This document shows positions 10,020 to 18,351 of a DNA stretch of 64,000 nt, piece after piece. The position numbers and the translations under genes were made by a program. Source of the DNA: Candidatus Nomurabacteria bacterium (GTDB lineage Bacteria; Patescibacteriota; Minisyncoccia; Phycocordibacterales; UBA5272); NCBI GenBank assembly GCA_028286645.1, contig JAQBRF010000004.1:18830-82829 (forward strand), read 5' to 3'. The notes beneath the pieces were generated by a model. It made no database searches, was not told the DNA's origin, and was given only the letters and a program-made list of their open reading frames with translations. Every line of letters starts with the position of its first letter. The first letter of the stretch is position 1.

Positions 10020-10075
10020 CTTCCTCACATAAAAATTCTTTCGAGGAGAGAGGAGGTTTTTTAATTTTGGAAAAT
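10020..10075 (-). repeat. Degenerate copy of the 3' tail of gene 6932..7786
   Basis: CTTCCTCACATAAAAATTCTTTCGAGGAG... aligns to 6947..7003. Confidence 0.8.
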
Positions 10076-10162
10076 ATTATAAAACAATTTTCTTGACTTT
10101 TGTTTTAAATATGGTTGAATTATGGAAAGCTTCACTTGTTCAATCTTTTAGAGAGGTCCTGT

Positions 10163-10543
10163 ATGCTCAGCTTAATCAATACGTTTGTCTGGTACGGGCT
10201 CTGCCTATTTCTGGTGGGACTGATCTCTTACACGATCCTGGGCAGGGAGTGGAAAGAAGGAACTTCCGACTGGTCTACTTACGCCTGCCTCATCCCAAGC
10301 TGTGTGGCGCTGGTTGCGTTTATTGTTACCCCGTTTTTCATAGAGATAGGGGTGACACGCTGGCCGGAGTTTGACACGGCAGATGTTCGTCATTTGGCGC
10401 TGTTCTGGTGCACAAATGAACTACCACCCGAGCAGCTCATCTTCGCGTTGGGTGTCATTGGAATGGCCGTAGCGGTGGGAGTGATCTTTACCGCTACCAT
10501 CGCCCGGATTGGCTCCCTCCGATCGAGAGAATGCGGCGACTAG
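10163..10543 (+). CDS. Hypothetical membrane protein (cassette gene)
   Basis: TTGACT at 10093, GAGAGG SD before ATG 10163, three hydrophobic segments, terminator ~10575-10608. Confidence 0.7.
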   Translation: MLSLINTFVWYGLCLFLVGLISYTILGREWKEGTSDWSTYACLIPSCVALVAFIVTPFFIEIGVTRWPEFDTADVRHLALFWCTNELPPEQLIFALGVIGMAVAVGVIFTATIARIGSLRSRECGD

Positions 10544-10608
10544 GTCGATCAGTGGGTAAGAAAGATCAGGACAGGGCCTGCGACAGAGATGTCGCGGGCC
10601 TATTTTTT

Positions 10609-10658
10609 ACATAAAAACTCTTTTCGATGAGAGTGGAGAATTTTTTAGCTTTGGATTT
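10609..10658 (-). repeat. Copy of the 3' tail of gene 6932..7786
   Basis: Translates KSKAKKFSTLIEKSFYV versus KSKAKKLSTLLEKNFYV. Confidence 0.85.
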
Positions 10659-10661
10659 ATA

Positions 10662-10890
10662 TAAAAAAGAAATAGGGACGCGATCTTCCGATCGCGCCCC
10701 ATGGGGGTTTAGTGGTTCTATGCGATAACCCCCTTTATCGGTCCTCAGACACACGTCTGCATCTGCCGTAATGGTCAGTCTCCGTAGACCGTCCGTTCCT
10801 GTCCTAAATTACGGTTAAGGAATTATAGTGAGAATGAGATTTTCGGCCTATATTGCACCGAGACGGAACTCATCCCCAAAGAACAGCTGC
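10662..10890 (-). ncRNA. Candidate structured RNA 2 (family unknown)
   Basis: TTGACA-17-TAATAT promoter at 10925-10897, at least five helices, GGAA-loop terminator; only very short ORFs inside. Confidence 0.5.
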
Positions 10891-11022
10891 ATATTTATAT
10901 TAACTCCGGCGGTGGGATTTGTCAATAGGTGCGTATTTTAGTAAAAAAAAGACGGCTCGGGTGAGCCGCCTGGGAAGGGGGAGAAGGGAGAGGGGATTGG
11001 GGAACTAGGGATGTTGGACGAG

Positions 11023-11442
11023 TTACACCCAGAAGTATTTCATCGCGTTAAGCTCGGCGTGGATTTCGCCAGCGTACTTGCAGGCAAGGTCGATGAAATC
11101 TTCGTCGTTCGGAGCGAGGGCGAGCATCTGAGGAAGACCGCATTGGAAAAATGCGACGAGCGCCTCCAATCGGGATCGACGAGCATTGCGCTCACTCTCT
11201 TTTTCCAGATCTTCATCGACGTCCTTGGTCACCTCATCGATGTATTTCTCGTAGGCACTGGCGGCGACCACGAACTCCAGATTCATCTCTGTGCCGAATT
11301 TCATCGCGATGTAAGCGGCTTCCGCGGGAGCCAGGAAGTTGACGAACTGATTCCCGAATTCTTCTCTGAATGCCCTCGCCATCCTTTTCAGCTCTTCTTC
11401 GTTGCGAGGTGCGCCTTTCTCTTCGTATGCTTGGTTAACCAT
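11023..11442 (-). CDS. Hypothetical acidic helical protein (cassette gene)
   Basis: TTGACT-17-TAGTGT promoter (~11505-11477), AAGGAG SD, terminator ~10943-10970, GC-rich coding. Confidence 0.75.
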   Translation of the reverse strand: MVNQAYEEKGAPRNEEELKRMARAFREEFGNQFVNFLAPAEAAYIAMKFGTEMNLEFVVAASAYEKYIDEVTKDVDEDLEKESERNARRSRLEALVAFFQCGLPQMLALAPNDEDFIDLACKYAGEIHAELNAMKYFWV

Positions 11443-11518
11443 ACTCTTCTCCTTGAGGGTTGTGCAATCATTAAAACACTACAATTCTTTTGTGAAAAAG
11501 TCAATCTTCTAACTTATT

Positions 11519-11577
11519 CACATAAAAACTCTTTTCGAGGAGGGTGGAGAGCTTTTTAGCTTTGGATTTTGGAAAAT
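11519..11577 (-). repeat. Copy of the 3' tail of gene 6932..7786
   Basis: Translates KSKAKKLSTLLEKSFYV with mostly synonymous changes. Confidence 0.85.
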
Positions 11578-11742
11578 AAAAAGGGCGGGACCACTTGGGA
11601 TCCCGCCCGCTTTGCTACGTTCTCTGCGTGAGGTTCGCAGTCATTCGTAAAATGGGTTTAGTTTCACCTGGGGGCCTCAAGCTTTCCCAGTAGATGGCCT
11701 CAAGAGCGGCGGATGTTTCACCCGTCATTGCCCAGCCATATG
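11578..11742 (-). ncRNA. Candidate structured RNA 3 (family unknown)
   Basis: TTGACA-16-TATACT promoter at 11773-11746, multiple helices, GGGCGGGA/TCCCGCCC terminator; no ORF. Confidence 0.5.
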
Positions 11743-11745
11743 CTC

Positions 11746-11812
11746 AGTATAGCATATGTAAGGAGTTTGTCAAGTAGTACAAAACCTTTATTTTAAAGGG
11801 TTTTGATATACT
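11746..11812. promoter_or_regulatory. Divergent promoter module, copy B
   Basis: CAGTATAGCA...TTTGTCAAGT...CTTTATTTTAA.GGGTTT.GATATACT shared with 9372..9440. Confidence 0.7.
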
Positions 11813-11818
11813 GCAAAT

Positions 11819-12076
11819 ATGGGAAACTTATACGAAAATGGGAAGGTAAAAATAAATGCACAATCACTCGTTCTAATCATCCAGGCAGTTGACAGCGAAA
11901 TTCAGAGATTGAAGCGCACGCCGACTGACGAAATGGTGCTCGAGGATTATCAATTTTTAGAAGATTATATTAATGTAGCGGAAGAACTAGAAGAGATCTA
12001 TAAAGAAGCACAAAAGGAAGTAATGAATCTTCCTGTTTACGATAGGCTCGTAGATAAAAAACCAAAGAGTGCATAA
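11819..12076 (+). CDS. Hypothetical small acidic protein
   Basis: 85-aa ORF starting 6 nt after TATACT. Confidence 0.7.
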   Translation: MGNLYENGKVKINAQSLVLIIQAVDSEIQRLKRTPTDEMVLEDYQFLEDYINVAEELEEIYKEAQKEVMNLPVYDRLVDKKPKSA

Positions 12077-12129
12077 ATAGCTTTTCACAATGAAATTGGT
12101 ACTTATACTTAAGATATAATTATAAATAT

Positions 12130-12381
12130 ATGGAAAATACACAAAGGGGAAATTTTGGTCCAGGAGGACGAGGTGAAGATAAATATAGATTTCCGCCAGA
12201 AGTAAACGAGGGTGGCTTACAAAAACCAGCCATTGATATAGGCGAGGAATTTAGTCATTTAAACGGCATTGTTCCTTAAGGGTTTACGGGAAATAATACG
12301 GAAACAGAGGAAGATCCAGTATCTTCTGATGTGGCATATATTGAAGGACCAGACGAATATAGGAAGAGAGGATCAATGTAA
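12130..12381 (+). pseudogene. Small hypothetical gene with internal TAA
   Basis: MENTQRGNFG...GIVP*GFTGNNTETEED...KRGSM*; stop at 12277-12279 with the same frame continuing. Confidence 0.45.
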
Positions 12382-12466
12382 TTGACTTCACCCGTTTAAA
12401 CTGGCAGAGTGAAGTGGAATAACCAGAAATAAATATCTGGTTCAATAACATTGCGAGGATAAAGAC

Positions 12467-12874
12467 ATGGAAGCGGGAATTTTTGCAATTATTTCGTTGT
12501 TTACGCTCTTCCGTTTCGGAAGGACGTTAGGGCGAATATATGTCGGGGCGGAGGATTGGCTGGGTGTTCTCACGTGGATTTTCGGAACAGCCTCCTTCGT
12601 GCTTTCAACTCAAAGTCTGATAGTTGTGATATGGGAGCTCCTAGGCAGCTTTTCACCTTTCTACATCGGTGATAAAGGCCTGTTGTACTGCCTTTCTTGG
12701 GGATGGATGGCTCCGTGGAAAGGGCTGGACATTTTCGTGGCCCAGAGTATTATCCTGGGTGCATTAACTATCTCTTGCACGATGCTTTTGGGGGCTATCT
12801 CGTATTACGCTGTACGGGGACTGCCAGTGCGTGAGCCTTTTGTTTCCAAAGATTCCAATTTCGTTGTACGTTGA
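12467..12874 (+). CDS. Hypothetical membrane protein (cassette gene)
   Basis: TTGACT-17-CAGAGT at 12382, GAGG SD, hydrophobic segments, GCAA-loop terminator ~12877-12902. Confidence 0.75.
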   Translation: MEAGIFAIISLFTLFRFGRTLGRIYVGAEDWLGVLTWIFGTASFVLSTQSLIVVIWELLGSFSPFYIGDKGLLYCLSWGWMAPWKGLDIFVAQSIILGALTISCTMLLGAISYYAVRGLPVREPFVSKDSNFVVR

Positions 12875-13000
12875 TCCGCGGCGCGCAAGCGTTGCGGTTT
12901 TATTATTGATTTGACTTAATTAGATATAGCTGGCAGAGTATGATTGAGCCACTGGCTTTGATTAGCCGGTATTTATGAATCACTTACAGGAGGAAGTTTC

Positions 13001-13396
13001 ATGGATGAGTATGGATGGTTGTGGGGTCTTTCGTTTATGGGCAATTTCTTCATCCTTATCGTGGTTGCGAGAGCGGTATGGGTGAAATCGCAGAAAAGGA
13101 TTGATGTTGGCATAGCCTTTGCCATCGCATCAATTATCGCTTTTGCGGGGATTACGTACTGCGCGGCCTACGTGCTTTTCTGGGCCGGCTACGCACTTAT
13201 GCCGCACGACATCACCAAGGAGATGCTCGAGGCGGTGGCAAATTTCCAGTTCTCGCATCTGACTGGTCGTGACCTTACGATATCGATCGCGCTCGGATTG
13301 ATCGCCCTAGGGATCAGCTTGGCGATCGTGATCTCGGTCATAAGGGGGGCCATAAAACAGCCGTCGAGAATCGGCAAACCAATCAGGGTCACATAG
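13001..13396 (+). CDS. Hypothetical membrane protein (cassette gene)
   Basis: TTGACT-17-CAGAGT at 12911, AGGAGG SD, three hydrophobic segments, terminator ~13409-13436. Confidence 0.78.
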   Translation: MDEYGWLWGLSFMGNFFILIVVARAVWVKSQKRIDVGIAFAIASIIAFAGITYCAAYVLFWAGYALMPHDITKEMLEAVANFQFSHLTGRDLTISIALGLIALGISLAIVISVIRGAIKQPSRIGKPIRVT

Positions 13397-13623
13397 GTGT
13401 GACGAGGGCCGCGGCGAACAAGCCGCGGATTTTTTATATAAAACAAGCACCGCCCACAATAGACGGCACTTTCGGTTCTTTCATAATTAGTTTACCATTA
13501 ACTTCTTCTTTAATTTGATCGTGTGGATAGATTTTCCCTTATCCTTTGACTCGAAAAATCAGGAGGAGTACGCTTATAAATGAGCAGCACAAACATGTTC
13601 TAGCACTCGGAGGAGTGAGCAAT

Positions 13624-13923
13624 ATGGGAAAGTCGGATAAAACGGCCCTGGCAACAGGTTTGCAGTTTCTCAGCAATGTGAGGGTCATCAACAGGAACTT
13701 CGTAGGTGATCCGCCAAGCCTTCAGCCTGGGAAACCTGGGATTGAATTTTTCCTTGAATTTCTCGCAGCGCGGAAGGTCACCTTCGAAATGTGCGAGATC
13801 ATCCCGGGGAACGGAGGCAGAGAAATCACCATCCGCGCTACGGGCTGCCCGGAGGCGCTCGAGCTCCTGGGTGAAAGCGGCGAAGGACGCCGTCATGATT
13901 GGGCTTTTCGAGTCACGCATTGA
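13624..13923 (+). CDS. Hypothetical protein (cassette gene)
   Basis: TTGACT-17-TACGCT at 13546, GGAGGAG SD, terminator ~13956-13990. Confidence 0.7.
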   Translation: MGKSDKTALATGLQFLSNVRVINRNFVGDPPSLQPGKPGIEFFLEFLAARKVTFEMCEIIPGNGGREITIRATGCPEALELLGESGEGRRHDWAFRVTH

Positions 13924-14070
13924 GTTCGAAAGCCCGGACAGAAGCTGATATGGCCAGGTCTCTGCAAGCGAAAGCTGCAGAGACCTTTTATTTGACATAA
14001 GAAAAACAAGAGCGTAAATTAAAATAGTACGCTCTTGTTTTTCCTAGAGCCCTAACTCAAGGAGGATATT

Positions 14071-14319
14071 TTGCCTGAAAGCACCTTACCGAAAGTTCCG
14101 AGAAGTGCGCCTGAACATCCCGATGACGTCGAGGTCTCACACGAAGGGGAGTGGATCGCCCTGTTATTTCATCCGAAAATGATTCTTGAGCCGACAAGCT
14201 ACACATTCGAGGTGGACTCATCCTCTAAGCTGCAAGTTTTCGTCGGCGGATGGCTGGTCGTTGAGTTCGAAAGCCGGGAATGGGTAGTATTTCGTACGTC
14301 CAAGCAGGCTGCCGCGTAA
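14071..14319 (+). CDS. Hypothetical protein (cassette gene, TTG start)
   Basis: TTGACA at 13992, AAGGAGG SD, terminator ~14337-14366. Confidence 0.7.
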   Translation: MPESTLPKVPRSAPEHPDDVEVSHEGEWIALLFHPKMILEPTSYTFEVDSSSKLQVFVGGWLVVEFESREWVVFRTSKQAAA

Positions 14320-14435
14320 TAAGCGGAACTTGTACTCCGTGGCTCCGCAAGGAGCCACGGTTTTTCTTTGACCTAGAAGTTGCTTTGTAGTACAGTTATA
14401 AAGATTTATTGTTCAACTAACCAGAGGAAACTCAA

Positions 14436-14747
14436 GTGGACGACGACATGATGGACCGTTTCGGAATTGTGGACAAGGGAGGTTGGTCAGATGGAGAGGG
14501 GTGCCTGTCAAACCGGGATCCTGAGGCTCATCAATTGATCGAAGTCGGTCAGTGCAGGTTTGAAAAACTGGTCGATAACGTTCCTAAAGAGGAGTGGATA
14601 GCCCTCGATGCTTTCATCCACGAGTGCGGATTCCCGCTTGCGTCGACCAAGGTTCTGATAACCCCTGCTGACCTGAAGGGGCGACTCTATATACGATGCG
14701 GAGAGAAACAGATTTGTCTCATAACAGGCAAATGGCGGTATGCGTAA
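14436..14747 (+). CDS. Hypothetical protein (cassette gene)
   Basis: TTGACC-17-TACAGT at 14368, GAGG SD, terminator ~14755-14784. Confidence 0.7.
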   Translation: MDDDMMDRFGIVDKGGWSDGEGCLSNRDPEAHQLIEVGQCRFEKLVDNVPKEEWIALDAFIHECGFPLASTKVLITPADLKGRLYIRCGEKQICLITGKWRYA

Positions 14748-14865
14748 TACCACACTGGGAGCAAGGAAAGCTCCCAGGTTTTTTATTTTTATATTGACTG
14801 GACATATTTAAGGCGCTAAAGTTATAAAGATTGGTCTTTTTGCAATGAACCTTTGTGGAGGATTT

Positions 14866-15420
14866 ATGACGAAACCAATTCTTACGATTGTCCCGCAGCT
14901 CGAAGTAAGAAGGGGTGGAGGAGAACCTCCTCCGCTCCTTGATAAACAGCTTCGGGTGGATGAGACTCCGCCAGCGGCGGCTGATCAAGCCGAGGCAGAG
15001 CCTGATTTCCAAGGAAAGGCAACATCAAGCCCTGACGACGTCCAATCCTTGGGCGATGTTTCAGAGGCCAGTGATGCAGAATCGGCTCAGGTTTCTCCCG
15101 GCGAATTGTGGCGAAAAGATCGCGAGGAAGCATGGAGACTTTACCAGGAAAGTAAAGCGCGCATCAGCCTATCGGATCCGATAAAGTCAGGGATTCCAGC
15201 GGAGTCGGTGATCATTTATTGGACTGACTCGGAGCCGCGGACAAAAATGACCGGCGAAGATGTGATCAATGAAAGTCTCGAGCGCGTAGAAGGAGATCGG
15301 TTCGTAGAGATCAGCACTACAGGAGAATCGAAAAAAGGTGTATGCTTCATTTTCACCTATTCTCACCGGTTCCCGTTTTTCAGGTTTTTCGCACCTGAGG
15401 TCTGCGAAATAAAAAAATAA
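14866..15420 (+). CDS. Hypothetical protein with disordered acidic N-terminal half (cassette gene)
   Basis: TTGACT-17-TAAAGT at 14794, GGAGG SD before ATG 14866, terminator ~15430-15460. Confidence 0.72.
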   Translation: MTKPILTIVPQLEVRRGGGEPPPLLDKQLRVDETPPAAADQAEAEPDFQGKATSSPDDVQSLGDVSEASDAESAQVSPGELWRKDREEAWRLYQESKARISLSDPIKSGIPAESVIIYWTDSEPRTKMTGEDVINESLERVEGDRFVEISTTGESKKGVCFIFTYSHRFPFFRFFAPEVCEIKK

Positions 15421-15554
15421 GACAGAAATTCCGCGGCTGGAGGGCCGCGGTTTTATTTTTTCACATATCCTTTTTTGAATGTTGATGGTTATAGTATATT
15501 AATTAAGTACTGTTCTGTTTTTTCTTAACCGTTTCATTTTTAATAGAAGAGAAA

Positions 15555-15740
15555 ATGTCGGCAATAAAGAGACCTAAGTCCCCAGTTTTTCCTGAGGGAG
15601 ACGTGCTTCATATCGACGGACGGCTCCTCCAAACGCATAATGGACACAAAGCTACGCCTCCCCCAAAAGGAGGGGATGATTTTCCTGCTGTGCGAGTTTC
15701 TCCAAGCGGTCAAAGTGTCTACCGTTTCCGCCCGAAATGA
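15555..15740 (+). CDS. Small hypothetical protein (cassette gene)
   Basis: 61-aa ORF followed by the strong hairpin GTGCGCAGCGCC/GGCGCTGCGCAC and a U-tract (15751-15784). Confidence 0.55.
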   Translation: MSAIKRPKSPVFPEGDVLHIDGRLLQTHNGHKATPPPKGGDDFPAVRVSPSGQSVYRFRPK

Positions 15741-15822
15741 AAGAGGCCAAGTGCGCAGCGCCTACGGCGCTGCGCACTTTTTTTAACTCGCCCTTAAATA
15801 CTCATTTGATATACTAACAACT

Positions 15823-16767
15823 ATGATTCATGTCTCAAATAGTCTTCCAGATATTGCGGTTCTTCGCGGAGGCAATGTTAATTTTAAGAAATCATTAGCA
15901 GAAGGGGGAGAAGTTCTACAATCGCTTATAAAAATCGGATATAACCCAATTGATGTATTAATTGATGAAGAAGGAAACTGGACAGCAAGCGGGATGCCAA
16001 CAGATGCTCACACAATTTTTACTCGTTCTCATACAGTAGTAGACACGACTAGAATGAAAAAAGAAAAGTATCAAGAACTTGCTAAAAATATGGGCATATC
16101 GCTTATATTCTCTCATGATGACGATATGACTATTGATAGAGAGGGGATGTATAGGATCTTAAGGCAGAAAGGATTTAAAGTTCCAGAAACAATTGTGGTG
16201 CGCTCATCTTTTCCGATAAAGCCGGAAATATTTCGGAAGATCTGGTCGACTTATCATACTCCTTTAATGGTGCGTCCTTTAGAATCGCATACTGGAGAAC
16301 CATCCAAGATCGTAAAACTATTTCAAGACTTAGAAAAGACAGTGAGAGATTATCATGAAAAGGGAATTGATGTACACGTGCTCACATACAAGAAGTCTCC
16401 CACTACTTCCATCGCCCTTATTCCAAACTTTCGGGGAGAAAAGATTTACACGCCTGTATGGGTGGAAACATTTGGAAGCTATGATGCTCCGCCAAATGAA
16501 AATTCTCCAATGCGCGCTCATATGCAAGCACCAGACTTTAGAAAGAAACAGGTGTGGGATTTTGCCACAAATGTTTATCAAGAACTTGGACTTAATGTTC
16601 CTGTTTGTATTGATATGGTGCCATATAAGGAAGGATATATAGTGGTAAATATAGACACTCATCCATCGCTACGTAACAATGGCAGATTTATGCAATCTCT
16701 TTTAACTACAGGAGTAGATGCTGGTCAATATATTCATTCGAGAGTGAAAGAGGAGTATGGGATATGA
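15823..16767 (+). CDS. Divergent ATP-grasp protein, D-Ala-D-Ala ligase-like
   Basis: IAVLRGG...SLAEG, IDEEGNW, CIDMV...YIVVNIDTHPSL echo Ddl motifs, but the EHEVS and EVNTxPG motifs are altered. Confidence 0.65.
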   Translation: MIHVSNSLPDIAVLRGGNVNFKKSLAEGGEVLQSLIKIGYNPIDVLIDEEGNWTASGMPTDAHTIFTRSHTVVDTTRMKKEKYQELAKNMGISLIFSHDDDMTIDREGMYRILRQKGFKVPETIVVRSSFPIKPEIFRKIWSTYHTPLMVRPLESHTGEPSKIVKLFQDLEKTVRDYHEKGIDVHVLTYKKSPTTSIALIPNFRGEKIYTPVWVETFGSYDAPPNENSPMRAHMQAPDFRKKQVWDFATNVYQELGLNVPVCIDMVPYKEGYIVVNIDTHPSLRNNGRFMQSLLTTGVDAGQYIHSRVKEEYGI

Positions 16768-16799
16768 TAGATAAAAAGTAAGCTATTTTATTTGTGAGG

Positions 16800-16990
16800 A
16801 AAAAGAAAAGAACGCCCCTCTGGTAAGTATGGCGTTCTTCTCTTTTTGTTTCCCCTCCGCATTTCTGCTTCAGGAAGACGTCTTTGTTTGATGCGTTGGC
16901 GGTTGCTTCTTTACAGCTTCCGTTTTTGTTAGCATTACATATTGCTATGCATTGCTTCCAGTTGTTTTGAAGCCGCATCATGCTTTTTTA
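16800..16990 (-). ncRNA. Candidate structured RNA 4 (family unknown)
   Basis: TATAAT at ~17001-16996, helices GATGCG/CGCATC, GCTTC/GAAGC and a GCAA-loop hairpin, terminator AAGAACGCC/GGCGTTCTT. Confidence 0.4.
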
Positions 16991-17130
16991 TCGGCATTAT
17001 ACACTTCAAGAATTATCTTAAATTCTATCTATGAGTACTAAAAGCTGATAATTGAAACAACTGTCTGAGAAGTAGTGTAGCAATACTGCGTGATATACTC
17101 AAGTATATAAAAGAAAGTTATTCACACATT

Positions 17131-17526
17131 ATGTCATTCATCGGAAATATTCAAACATTGGTATACAGAAATGATAACTTCAGAGAAGTGGTTTTTACAG
17201 GTGAGAAATCTCAGCTTGTGGTTATGTCTATTCCACCGGGAACGGAGGTGGGGGAAGAAGTCCACGAACATGTGGAACAGACTCTTTATATTATAAGCGG
17301 ATTATGCCAGGCAGTTTTGGATGACAGAGTAACCGAAGTTAGCGGAGGAGATGTAATTGTGGTAACTCCCGGGACTAAACATAATTTTATAAATAACGGA
17401 ACAGAGACAGTTAAAATAATCAGCACCTACGCACCGCCGAATCACATAGACCATCGAGTGCATGTAACAATAGATGATGCAAAAGCTGATATTGAGGACG
17501 AAGACTTTGGAGACAGAGTGCAATAG
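17131..17526 (+). CDS. Cupin domain protein
   Basis: QLVVMSIPPG.EVGEEVH..VEQ, G-x-x-HN, YAPPNH. Confidence 0.9.
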   Translation: MSFIGNIQTLVYRNDNFREVVFTGEKSQLVVMSIPPGTEVGEEVHEHVEQTLYIISGLCQAVLDDRVTEVSGGDVIVVTPGTKHNFINNGTETVKIISTYAPPNHIDHRVHVTIDDAKADIEDEDFGDRVQ

Positions 17527-17547
17527 TATCTGTCTAATATATTGTTA

Positions 17548-18246
17548 TTAATTTTTATCTTCAATTCCTAACTCAAGCAAAAGAGAGGAGATTTGTTTTG
17601 GAGATAAATAATGTATCGCCCCCGCTTTTAATCCATGACTTACAAATGATAGAATCCGAGTTCGCTTAAGAGATAGAATAGTAAGATTAAGCGCATTTAG
17701 CATTCGTCTGATTTCGTGCTTCTTACCTTCTGTTAACACAATTCGTAAAGATCTATTTTCACCGTACATTGTAACTGATTTAACTGGAGCATACGTTGCT
17801 TCACGGGTCCTGATGCCTTTCTTTAAAAGAGTGATTACTCGTGGCGTCATTTTTTCCCTCACTACCACCTCGTATTCTTTTTCTCTCCCATGCTTTGGAT
17901 TAAGTAGCGCATCCACGACTCTAAAATCATTTGTATATAATAAAAGGCCTTCGCTTTCCTTGTCTAATCGTCCGATGGGTTCGCATCCGGAAAGTTCATT
18001 TAGCCTGCCAGTTACTTCTCCTCGCTTCTTATAATAAAGCGCATAAATCAAATCTTTAGATGGATTGTCTATTTTTATAATATCTCCTGTTGCCACTTTG
18101 CTTCCCAGAGTTGCTGCCTTTCCATGGATAGTAATAAATTTATTTTTTATATATTCGTCAATTTCTCGTCGTGAGCCCACTCCTTGATCGCGGAGGTAGA
18201 TATTTATCCTTATAGGCGTTTTAGCATTAACCGTGATGATTTTCAT
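17548..18246 (-). CDS. rRNA pseudouridine synthase (RsuA/RluB family, S4 domain)
   Basis: GVGSRRE, GRLDKESEGLLL, EKEYEV, EGKKHEIRRM. Confidence 0.92.
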   Translation of the reverse strand: MKIITVNAKTPIRINIYLRDQGVGSRREIDEYIKNKFITIHGKAATLGSKVATGDIIKIDNPSKDLIYALYYKKRGEVTGRLNELSGCEPIGRLDKESEGLLLYTNDFRVVDALLNPKHGREKEYEVVVREKMTPRVITLLKKGIRTREATYAPVKSVTMYGENRSLRIVLTEGKKHEIRRMLNALNLTILSLKRTRILSFVSHGLKAGAIHYLSPKQISSLLLELGIEDKN

Positions 18247-18351
18247 TGTTTTATGATTGTAGCATATTTGCTCATTCAGTTGTCATATCTGTGTCATATC
18301 TGGCTTATGACCATTTATATGCATAAAGTGAATGCAGTTAAGTGAAGGAGC

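Noticed and set aside
10715-10752. Hammerhead ribozyme (CUGAGGA followed by a stem)
   Set aside because: No GAAA directly after stem II and no convincing stem I/III arrangement
11011-11559. 182-aa plus-strand ORF
   Set aside because: Antisense shadow of 11023..11442, which has the promoter, SD and terminator
9247-15784. CRISPR array or classical integron
   Set aside because: No equal-length direct repeats with spacers, no cas or intI gene, no RYYYAAC...GTTRRRY attC pattern at junctions
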